Below are positions 29,037 through 36,344 of a stretch of 37,319 nt of DNA, in pieces. Position numbers and translations under genes: made by a program. The stretch spans positions 1-37,319 of the IMG/VR virus record IMGVR_UViG_2645727743_000020, one strand, 5' to 3'. The stretch's first letter is position 1; each line of letters begins with the position of its first letter. The DNA comes from a virus (taxonomy: Duplodnaviria > Heunggongvirae > Uroviricota > Caudoviricetes). The notes under the pieces were generated by a model. That model was not told the origin of the DNA. It searched no databases and saw only the letters and a list, made by a program, of their open reading frames with translations.

Positions 29037-29414
29037 AAAACCCCCAATAAAACATCAGCTTGTGTAAGCTGGTAACTACATTAATGAAAATCATTGACTA
29101 ATGTTACCACTCTTGCTGGCGTAATTCAAAGAGTATCCTCACTTTTTTACTGTATGGATAATCAGCATAAAATCTATCCAGTTGGGTTACTCGAACATAC
29201 TGTCAATACTTGTTTCCAACGATTGATCAGTTCTACAGTTTTATCTCCTTCACTTGTGTTGGCAGCATGCTTATTCCTGAACCAGCTCGATTACTTGGCC
29301 ATTTGAGAAAGATGTGTAGATCTTCTGATGGTTTGTATTGGAACGGGGTGCATAGTGATTTGCACCCCGTTCTTTATGTTATGGGATTGGTGGCAGGGCG
29401 AATACGCCCTGATG

Positions 29415-29726
29415 TTATTCAGGAAATAACGCCCGGATATTTCCGGCCATCTGACTGGTTATCTGTGCGGTTGATACTGGCTGTGACGCGGGGCGTTCTG
29501 TCTTGGTTTGTGTCACTGATAACACCTCATCATCAGCCCATGCAGCCAGTCGGTAAGCCTCTGCCGGATTCATTTTCAGAAGTGCCAGCCCGGCCAGAAA
29601 AGCCACGCGTTGGCCGCTTTTGCGGGCTTCTGGTGTAAGGCTGTCCAGCCAGGCGCATGCTTCTCCTTCGTTCTTGACGGCGGTGGGCTTCAGATAGAAA
29701 CTTATCCGTCTGGTTGGAGTCGTCAT
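29415..29726 (-). CDS. parR: ParR-like centromere-binding adaptor
   Basis: Start ATG 29726, 4 nt after the parM stop with AAGGAG SD; MTTPTRRISFYLKP...LDSLTPEARKSGQRVAFLAGLAL...NIRALFPE parallels R1 ParR (RRTIAFKLNP...LDSIP..ERS..RAALTAGLAL...LRSLFPKE, recalled from memory). Confidence 0.7.
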   Translation of the reverse strand: MTTPTRRISFYLKPTAVKNEGEACAWLDSLTPEARKSGQRVAFLAGLALLKMNPAEAYRLAAWADDEVLSVTQTKTERPASQPVSTAQITSQMAGNIRALFPE

Positions 29727-29730
29727 TGGT

Positions 29731-30690
29731 TTACTCCTTGTCCATTGCGTACAGCCCATTAACCAGAGCAAACTGTGGCACCCCGTCCGCGATGAAAGTC
29801 GCATTAACTCCGCAGGCTTCGCGGATAGCGGGTGCCACAATCTCCGCCCCTCCACCGACAACCATCACCCGCCCGTAACCCGAAAAAACCGCCAGCGCGC
29901 GGATCACGCGTTGTTTCAGTGTTTCTTCCTTTTCACGAATAACCGCCATCAGGCTGGCGTAATGCGCGTCATTGTGGATGTGCTGGCGCAGCCAGGCTTC
30001 ATCATGGCGATGTTCGATAATGGTATTGGCGATGTGGTGACTGGTGCGCATACCGTTAGTGGCCATCACCGACAGTACGGCATCGGCCATCAGAGAAACG
30101 CCTACGTGTGGATCGCAAAACACCTGGCTGATACCTGCCAGTTGCCCCTGAACCTTTGCCACATCCAGCGTGGTTCCGCCCAAATCCACAATCAGCAGGG
30201 ATTCAAACGGACTCATGTCAGCCAGTGCCTTAAAGCCAGCCGGAATGGATTCAGGCATAACCCGCACGTTACGGATAGTGAATGCCTCACCGTTCTGGTA
30301 CTCCACCGGGCGCATAACGTTTGCTTTTTTGCGGTTGATGTTGGCCATGTCCGGCTGGGCGTTAGTGTCGAAATATTCGCTCAGTGGCAGGGTGACAACC
30401 ACATCCACTTCCTGTGGCGTGATGCCTGATTTGACCAGCGCGTGATGAATGGCAATGACATTCACATCGCTGTACTGGTATTGCGTGTCGGTCGTCTGGA
30501 CAAAGCGATCGCTGACCGGATCAAAACCATAGCGCACGCCATCAAGCATGTAGTTCGCAGGCTGCGAGCCACCGAACGGTGCAGACCATTCCGACTTGAA
30601 GCTGTTCGGGCTGATGGCGTTGCGGCGTTCGCCGTTTTCAGTCCATGCCAGCTTGATGTTGGTGGAGCCGTCGTCGATACAAATTTTCAT
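29731..30690 (-). CDS. parM: ParM/StbA-family actin-like segregation ATPase
   Basis: 319 aa; IDDGSTNIKL, ISPNSF, YSDVNV, HHAL, KANVMRPVE, VMPESIPAG, LLIVDLGGTTLD, VVGGGAE, LVNGLY all align with R1 ParM (recalled from memory). Confidence 0.9.
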   Translation of the reverse strand: MKICIDDGSTNIKLAWTENGERRNAISPNSFKSEWSAPFGGSQPANYMLDGVRYGFDPVSDRFVQTTDTQYQYSDVNVIAIHHALVKSGITPQEVDVVVTLPLSEYFDTNAQPDMANINRKKANVMRPVEYQNGEAFTIRNVRVMPESIPAGFKALADMSPFESLLIVDLGGTTLDVAKVQGQLAGISQVFCDPHVGVSLMADAVLSVMATNGMRTSHHIANTIIEHRHDEAWLRQHIHNDAHYASLMAVIREKEETLKQRVIRALAVFSGYGRVMVVGGGAEIVAPAIREACGVNATFIADGVPQFALVNGLYAMDKE

Positions 30691-30725
30691 GTCGATTTTC
30701 CTTATGTTGGTTAATTAACCGTTTA

Positions 30726-30816
30726 CGGGATTTTTAAATCCCGCTTTCGCCTGTTTTGTGCGCGCTTCATATATCGCGGCGCGTTTTTTGCTCATTTGCG
30801 GGATTTGTGAATCCCG
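30726..30816. repeat. Two related palindromes upstream of parM (parC-like centromere/operator candidates)
   Basis: CGGGATTTTTAAATCCCG (30726..30743) and CGGGATTTGTGAATCCCG (30799..30816), each followed by a similar T-rich stretch, within 130 bp of the parM start and overlapping the A 3' end. Confidence 0.45.
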
Positions 30817-33607
30817 TTTCTGTCTGTTTTTTGTTGCCACTGGTCAGGCCACCCCGCAGCAGGTCTGCTTTGCGGCGGGCGCGTTCAGTGGTTTCACTGA
30901 TTCTCTGTGCGTGCTCTGCGTCACGAATGGCGCGCAGCATGTCAGAAAGCACGGTAACGGGTGTTTTCATGGTGTTCTGGTCCTGCTGAAGTGTGGATGC
31001 CAGGCGTGCGGCGGCTTCGGGGTCTGATGCCCCGAGCTGTGCCAGATAGCTGGCGACCGGGTTATGGCGGATCTCCGTGCTGCTTACGCCGTGATTACGG
31101 CTCAGGCGCTGCCAGAGCTGCGTGATTCGGCTGTCCGGGCGGGTATCCGGTTTGCGTACAATTTCAAATCCCTGCGGTGCAATGATGCTGCCGTCAACGT
31201 ACAGGCTGCCGCCCCGTAACAGGTGCTGCATCTGCTGTTCACCGATATGCAGGCCGAGAGATTCGGCAGACTCCCGCCATTCTTTAGCGAGTAATTCGTG
31301 GTTATCAGGCAAAGGCTGTGGCTGTTTGCGGCTCTGTGTCCAGTTCTGCATTTCATCACTGCTGTTTTTGGCCTGTTTGTCACGCAGCGAACGCATCAGT
31401 GCCCGGCGTTCGTGCCGTTTCAGTGAGCGCATCCATTCATTCACTTCAATGCCGTCAGGGAGCTGCGGCCACGGTGCTGGCCGTTCTTCCGGCTGTTCTG
31501 TCCCGTTGTTGTCCGTTTCCTGTACACGGGGACAGTTATTGCCACGAGTCCAAGGGGCGGCAGGGCCGCCCTGAAGGTCAAAACCATTTTCGTGGGCGTT
31601 GTCTTCCGGTTCTGGTTTACGTCTTACCAGCTTCCAGTTATCCGGATGCGTGCACACACGGGAGGATTCCCCGATGAGTGGTGACCAGATTCCGTAAATC
31701 TGTACGCTCTGTTCGCCGTAATCGTTCAGCTCATCTGCGAGGTCGTAGGCGGTGCGAATCAGGTAGTCCTTGCGTGGAACAAGCACGCCACCCTGTTTTT
31801 CAATGTAGGTGGCAAAACATCCGGCATCAGCGGCAGCGAGTACCGCATCCATTGCGTCATCCTTCAGCCGTTGCGGGCCTTCCGGGTTGCGTGCCATCTG
31901 GCTGGCAAGGCGGCGCAGTTCACGCCACACCTGACGGGAGGGGATACCAAAGAACTGGAACTGGCGGACCCGGTGAAGGCGCGCCCAGCCGATGGCGCGT
32001 TCCACGCTCTCGGCCATTGATTTTCCGGTTTCGTGGTCAACGCGTGGCTTGCCCGTTTTCGGGTCGATGCCATCCACGGCGCGGCTGTCCAGGTTTTTTC
32101 CGATGTAGGTCGCGATATAGCTGGTTGGTGTGCCTTTTGAGCCGTCGACATACTCCACCTTAAAGCGCGGAGTAATATCATTGCCCAGCTCGTGGCGGTC
32201 TTCCTGAATGGCAATATCGCGGGTGATGGCCACGATGCTGTCGATTTCTTCCGGATGAGCAAAGACCATCATATGCCAGTGCACGGTGCCGTCATGGTGA
32301 GGCTCCACCGTGCGGATGCCATACCAGCGCAGACCGTCGCGGTTCAGTTTTTTGCGGACTGCCGCAAAAAACGTGTTAACCAGGTAATCGCTGGAGTCGC
32401 GCATGGTGGCCCCGTTCCATTTGGGATTCGGATGACCGTTCTCTGTTGTGGCGTGGTATTTTGACGGGCAGGTGACAGTCAGAAACACCGCTCTGTCGCC
32501 ACGGGCTTCGGCCAGAAGTTCCAGCCCCCTCATGGTGGCCATCATTTCTGCCTTACGGTGAACCGGGTTACTTACTCCCGCGTAATACACTGTCTCGAGA
32601 TCAATCGTGAACCCGTCTTCGTTTTCCAGCATGAAACTTTTCAGGAAATCGCGTGTTTTCTCGCGCTGCGCGCGAAACTCGCTTAATGCGTCCTGACTCA
32701 GATAGGGCGATGTTTTTCTGGAAACCAGACAGGCGGCGCGGAGTTGTTCTTCCCGCCACTCGCAACGTAACAGCCACAGTTTGCGTTTCCACCATTCCGC
32801 ACAGGTCAGGCGAAGGATTGCGCCCGGCAGCAGCTCCGTGTCCGGTTCGTTCCTCCGGTCTTTGTCTGTTGTCAGTGCGTCATAATGTGGAGGCATGGCG
32901 TGCAGGTGTAACGCCATGCGGGCCAGCATCTGATACGCCTTCAGCGTTACATCCATGGTCAGCTCGCCATCAGTCGCGCCAAAGCTATCGCAGAGTTTTT
33001 CGAAGGTGCTGCTGAACATCGCCGCCGTCATGGTGGCCAGCGTCTGTATCTGGTGTTTGTTGAGCTGCGGCAGGTAAAGCAAATCGTCCAGGCGTTCGCG
33101 TCCGGTAAGGGAGCGATAACCCGGTGTCAGCCAGCGGTGATCGGTGCGTTCCAGGCGTTCGAATATTTTGCGCAGGTTTCCGCGCGCGTAGCGTTCAGCC
33201 TGCCAGCTCTTTTTGCCTTTCTGACGATCGGATTCCTGTTTTTTGCGCAGGAAAGAGAGGTGGCGGCTCAGAGGTTCACGCAGATAAACGGGAAGCACTT
33301 TCAGTGTGGCAAAAGCACGGGCCACCGGGTCTTGTTCTGTTGCCTGACGCTTGCTGATGATGCTTTGTGCCAGCTTTTCACGCTGTCCGGCTTCCTCAAG
33401 GGATGCCATGAGTTTTTTACCCACGGTGGATTGTGCGAAAAAGGCTTCCTCCTTCGCTTCCTGTTCTTCCAGGGCCTTTTTGTCTGCCTCAAGGTAGTAA
33501 CGGATGGCGCGTTGCAGGTCGGTTTCAGTTTCCTGCCTGTGCTCCGTAAATCTGGCCGGATCAATGGCTGGTCGTGGTTCATTCCAGCTCCATGCAAACT
33601 CACTCAT
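30767..33607 (-). CDS. A: Replication initiation protein A (rolling-circle nickase family)
   Basis: 946 aa from ATG 33607 (ATGA overlap with the upstream ORF); longer than P2 gpA (about 761 aa). Confidence 0.85.
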   Translation of the reverse strand: MSEFAWSWNEPRPAIDPARFTEHRQETETDLQRAIRYYLEADKKALEEQEAKEEAFFAQSTVGKKLMASLEEAGQREKLAQSIISKRQATEQDPVARAFATLKVLPVYLREPLSRHLSFLRKKQESDRQKGKKSWQAERYARGNLRKIFERLERTDHRWLTPGYRSLTGRERLDDLLYLPQLNKHQIQTLATMTAAMFSSTFEKLCDSFGATDGELTMDVTLKAYQMLARMALHLHAMPPHYDALTTDKDRRNEPDTELLPGAILRLTCAEWWKRKLWLLRCEWREEQLRAACLVSRKTSPYLSQDALSEFRAQREKTRDFLKSFMLENEDGFTIDLETVYYAGVSNPVHRKAEMMATMRGLELLAEARGDRAVFLTVTCPSKYHATTENGHPNPKWNGATMRDSSDYLVNTFFAAVRKKLNRDGLRWYGIRTVEPHHDGTVHWHMMVFAHPEEIDSIVAITRDIAIQEDRHELGNDITPRFKVEYVDGSKGTPTSYIATYIGKNLDSRAVDGIDPKTGKPRVDHETGKSMAESVERAIGWARLHRVRQFQFFGIPSRQVWRELRRLASQMARNPEGPQRLKDDAMDAVLAAADAGCFATYIEKQGGVLVPRKDYLIRTAYDLADELNDYGEQSVQIYGIWSPLIGESSRVCTHPDNWKLVRRKPEPEDNAHENGFDLQGGPAAPWTRGNNCPRVQETDNNGTEQPEERPAPWPQLPDGIEVNEWMRSLKRHERRALMRSLRDKQAKNSSDEMQNWTQSRKQPQPLPDNHELLAKEWRESAESLGLHIGEQQMQHLLRGGSLYVDGSIIAPQGFEIVRKPDTRPDSRITQLWQRLSRNHGVSSTEIRHNPVASYLAQLGASDPEAAARLASTLQQDQNTMKTPVTVLSDMLRAIRDAEHAQRISETTERARRKADLLRGGLTSGNKKQTETGFTNPANEQKTRRDI

Positions 33608-33993
33608 GGCTGGTATCCCGTCACGCGCTGCCACTCCTGCAAGAAGATGGTGGAAAGGCGGTTAAATTCAGCGGTGTATTCACTCAGCGAGACACACCCG
33701 CCAGCAGTGCGATGCGCCAGCATTGCCGCAAATACGGAGGCCGGGGAGTCGTAATACGCCAGCAGTGATTCGCCGTGCGGTGTCAGGCAGTGCAACGCCA
33801 GTCCGTGTGGTGTGAAGTCCACGCGGTAGCAGTCGTCTACTGTGAAATAAAGGGTATCCACATTCTCCGGTTTTGTGGTGCGTGCTCTGTTGTCACGACC
33901 ACGAATGTAGAGATCAAATAATCCCCGAAGAATGGGAGCCAGACGGGTGTCCTGTGTGCGCACCCATCTTGTGAAGTCATGAGCGTCAATCAT
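33604..33993 (-). CDS. Hypothetical early protein (129 aa) translationally coupled to A
   Basis: ATG 33993; stop overlaps A start; no recognisable motif. Confidence 0.55.
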   Translation of the reverse strand: MIDAHDFTRWVRTQDTRLAPILRGLFDLYIRGRDNRARTTKPENVDTLYFTVDDCYRVDFTPHGLALHCLTPHGESLLAYYDSPASVFAAMLAHRTAGGCVSLSEYTAEFNRLSTIFLQEWQRVTGYQP

Positions 33994-34101
33994 GCTGCAA
34001 TTCTCTCTACTAAGGATGTGCGAAGGCTTCCTGCCAAAAAACTCAGAAGCGGTCGGTTACAGAAATTGGCGTTCTACGAGTAGTTATTGCTGGCTTGAGG
34101 T

Positions 34102-34320
34102 TCATTTCTGTTTAATTCCGTGCATGCTGTAGAAGAAATCAAAAGTGTTATCTATGCGTATCATGAGCTCACGCTGCATCGCTTCTGGTGTTTCTGGTTC
34201 ACCTAGTGAGCCAACTCCCGCGAAGAAATCACCGATCTCGCTTTGAATAAGTGCCTTTAGCGTTGCTGAGGAATTCAGGTGTGTGCGGTGATGTCTGCGA
34301 GTGATTCTTCTCCTGCTCAT
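34102..34320 (-). CDS. Hypothetical early protein (72 aa)
   Basis: ATGA coupling to the upstream 67-aa ORF; basic N-terminus MSRRRITRRHHR. Confidence 0.5.
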   Translation of the reverse strand: MSRRRITRRHHRTHLNSSATLKALIQSEIGDFFAGVGSLGEPETPEAMQRELMIRIDNTFDFFYSMHGIKQK

Positions 34321-34520
34321 TTGCGTGGATCCTGTACCTGTCGGATAAGATTCACCCGCGCCACATTAGTGGCGCAGAAGTAAGTACCGTCAGTGAGATA
34401 GATGTGGTGTGCATCCTTTTCTGAGCGGTGTTTGTCGATTGTGGTAATCAGGCGTTCGTCGACTTCGTATTCACGTCCTCTGGAAGTGAAACGAACGACA
34501 GGAAAATGCTTAATTGCCAT
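34317..34520 (-). CDS. Hypothetical early protein (67 aa)
   Basis: ATG 34520 with AGGAGG SD 5 nt upstream. Confidence 0.6.
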   Translation of the reverse strand: MAIKHFPVVRFTSRGREYEVDERLITTIDKHRSEKDAHHIYLTDGTYFCATNVARVNLIRQVQDPRK

Positions 34521-34607
34521 TACGCCTCCTGGGCGTGTGCGAATACCTCCGCGAATGCGGATTGTTTTTACATTTTCTTATTTAACCTAGGGTTTTTATT
34601 TGCGCTG

Positions 34608-34721
34608 TTATTCGCCAGTGAAAATGCGTTCAATCTTTTTTACTGAATGAATAATTTGCATAATCCCAATGGCGCAGACCACCGAAATAATCAGGACAAG
34701 CCATGAGATAAATATACTCAT
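34608..34721 (-). CDS. Putative 37-aa single-TM membrane peptide
   Basis: ATG 34721 overlapping the stop of the 80-aa ORF (ATGA), GGGGAA SD; MSIFISWLVLIISVVCAIGIMQIIHSVKKIERIFTGE, hydrophobic core with charged tail; not in the ORF track. Confidence 0.4.
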   Translation of the reverse strand: MSIFISWLVLIISVVCAIGIMQIIHSVKKIERIFTGE

Positions 34722-34960
34722 GCAATATTCCCCAGCTTATACGGTTCAATATGCTCCCCGCATTCTGCGGCACAGATCAGCTCGGAAAGTTCGTTAAGTG
34801 CATCCAGATCATCAGCGTAAAAAGCCACGTCATACAGACTCCGGATTGCCCTGGTCAATGAGTCACGGGCTGCACGTTCAGCATGAGCACCTGATGCACT
34901 TAAGCGAAAATAAAAACGCTCAAGTGCTTTGTTAATGAGAGTTTTATATTCTTTGCCCAT
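34718..34960 (-). CDS. Hypothetical early protein (80 aa)
   Basis: ATG 34960 with AAGGG SD; acidic, Ala-rich. Confidence 0.5.
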   Translation of the reverse strand: MGKEYKTLINKALERFYFRLSASGAHAERAARDSLTRAIRSLYDVAFYADDLDALNELSELICAAECGEHIEPYKLGNIA

Positions 34961-34971
34961 CGCAACGCCCT

Positions 34972-35250
34972 TTAATCTGCTTTCTGAATTTCAGCTTCTG
35001 AATCCATACAAATAATTTCGATATAGGGTTCATCGCCATTAATCTTACGTGCTTTTTCAGCTTCGCTAATGATTCCGTGTACAGTCTGGTACGGAAGTTC
35101 TACGGTCAGGCGCGTGCCGTTCAGATAAACGTAAGTAGCTGCATTTTTTTCTGATGGGACAACTCCATCAATAGCTGATGCGCGCAATAACAGTTCACCG
35201 CGAAAATCAATAAAACGGATAAATACACCTTGTGCATGCTCTTTGGTCAT
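34972..35250 (-). CDS. Hypothetical early protein (about 92 aa)
   Basis: Start placed at ATG 35250 (MTKEHAQGVF) with AGGTG SD, avoiding overlap with the upstream gene; track ORF extends to 35349. Confidence 0.5.
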   Translation of the reverse strand: MTKEHAQGVFIRFIDFRGELLLRASAIDGVVPSEKNAATYVYLNGTRLTVELPYQTVHGIISEAEKARKINGDEPYIEIICMDSEAEIQKAD

Positions 35251-35260
35251 AACGCACCTG

Positions 35261-35599
35261 TTATAAATCAGTCTGTTTAATAAAACTTTGCCCGCGAAGC
35301 AGACGATCAACCGTGCGAAGTGCTTCGTACAATGTGAAATCCTGTCCAAACTGAGTGTCGCCGTTGCTCAGAGCAAAAATGCGGTTTCCGGTAAATGGGT
35401 TGCGTTGGCATCTGTGAACCACGATTCCAGCTTTTTCAATCAGCCAGGTGTGTTCGCCAATTTGTTTTACTGTATGGCCATCTGGCGTTGCGTGCGTCTC
35501 GCTCAGGCTGTAGCGGATGTTGCTGCGTGATGCGCTGGTAGCGAAACGGTTAGCTTGGCGTTCCGTTTCGGTGCGAAAATTACGGCGTTGCTTCAGCAT
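35261..35599 (-). CDS. Hypothetical early protein (112 aa)
   Basis: ATG 35599 with GAGGTG SD, 14 nt downstream of the Cox-like stop. Confidence 0.55.
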   Translation of the reverse strand: MLKQRRNFRTETERQANRFATSASRSNIRYSLSETHATPDGHTVKQIGEHTWLIEKAGIVVHRCQRNPFTGNRIFALSNGDTQFGQDFTLYEALRTVDRLLRGQSFIKQTDL

Positions 35600-35613
35600 A
35601 AAATGACACCTCG

Positions 35614-35892
35614 TTATTTTGTCATCTGCACGTATTTCTCTGCGTTTCTGATGGTTTTCAGGAAAATTGCGAAGAGATTTACTGTACGTTTTGAGTTTTT
35701 TTCTTCTTGGTTGATGGGAAGGGCTGCTCTGTCAGCCTGCCTTTTCACTGCATTAACAGTTTGATTGGTACGCTTCGCGTAATCTTTCAGGCTTTCTTCG
35801 AGTACCGGTAATCCATGCTCATCGCGGTATGGGTAGAACGCCGCCAAACGCTCAAAATCCGCTTGCTCGTATGTGTTCAAGAGCTTTGTCAT
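35614..35892 (-). CDS. Putative Cox/Apl-like early regulator, assigned by position only
   Basis: 92 aa, first gene of the early operon divergent from C (as P2 cox or 186 apl); no sequence similarity to P2 Cox that I can recall. Confidence 0.45.
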   Translation of the reverse strand: MTKLLNTYEQADFERLAAFYPYRDEHGLPVLEESLKDYAKRTNQTVNAVKRQADRAALPINQEEKNSKRTVNLFAIFLKTIRNAEKYVQMTK

Positions 35893-35928
35893 GATGTGAT
35901 AACCTGTTCAGTCTGTGGTTATTTGTTG

Positions 35929-35973
35929 CTAAAAGTCGTCTCTAGGCGACTTTTAGGGTTAATTTAGTCGTCT
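35929..35973. promoter_or_regulatory. Operator/promoter repeats of the C versus early-operon switch region
   Basis: Inverted repeat CTAAAAGTCG-N8-CGACTTTTAG (35929..35956) and direct repeat AGTCGTCT at 35934..35941 and 35966..35973, in the 91-bp divergent region. Confidence 0.45.
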
Positions 35974-35983
35974 GGAGACCACC

Positions 35984-36295
35984 ATGTCAAGTGGGTACGA
36001 AAAAAAACTGAAAGAGATACGGAAAAGTGAAGGGTTAACTCAAGCTGAGTTTGCAGATGTTACTGGGATAAATCTCGGAACTATAAAGAATTATGAGAGC
36101 GGTAAAAGAGAGGTTGGTTTAAGCGTTGTTGATCGCGTAATTAATTCTAAGGATTTCGAAAAATACACTATATGGCTTATGACGGGAAAAACAAATGAGG
36201 CTGCTGGGCAGATCAGTCCCTCTCTCTCCCCTGATGGGCCAGAAAACACATCGTCTTCTCAAAAATCCCGCAAGACTGGTACACAGCCCGGCTAA
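35984..36295 (+). CDS. C: Immunity repressor C
   Basis: 103 aa; central motif KYTIWLMTGKTNEAAGQISPSL and C-terminal SQKSRKTG parallel P2 C as I recall it (...FTKYTLWFMT...SGQIAP...GQKTG). Confidence 0.8.
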   Translation: MSSGYEKKLKEIRKSEGLTQAEFADVTGINLGTIKNYESGKREVGLSVVDRVINSKDFEKYTIWLMTGKTNEAAGQISPSLSPDGPENTSSSQKSRKTGTQPG

Positions 36296-36344
36296 TCATG
36301 GAACGCTGGGGGCATGGTGGTCTTGTAACGCTGGGGTTTCACGA

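Noticed and set aside
29911-30445. Plus-strand ORFs of 172 and 91 aa
   Set aside because: Antisense to parM, whose minus-strand product aligns block-for-block with ParM
31102-32464. Several ORFs of 90-160 aa on both strands
   Set aside because: All overlap replication gene A; products are Arg/Cys/Ser-rich low complexity
36195-36344. N-terminal 50-codon extension of the integrase ORF overlapping C
   Set aside because: Extension is in a different frame from C and overlaps its last 100 nt; ATG 36345 gives a 324-aa integrase of canonical size
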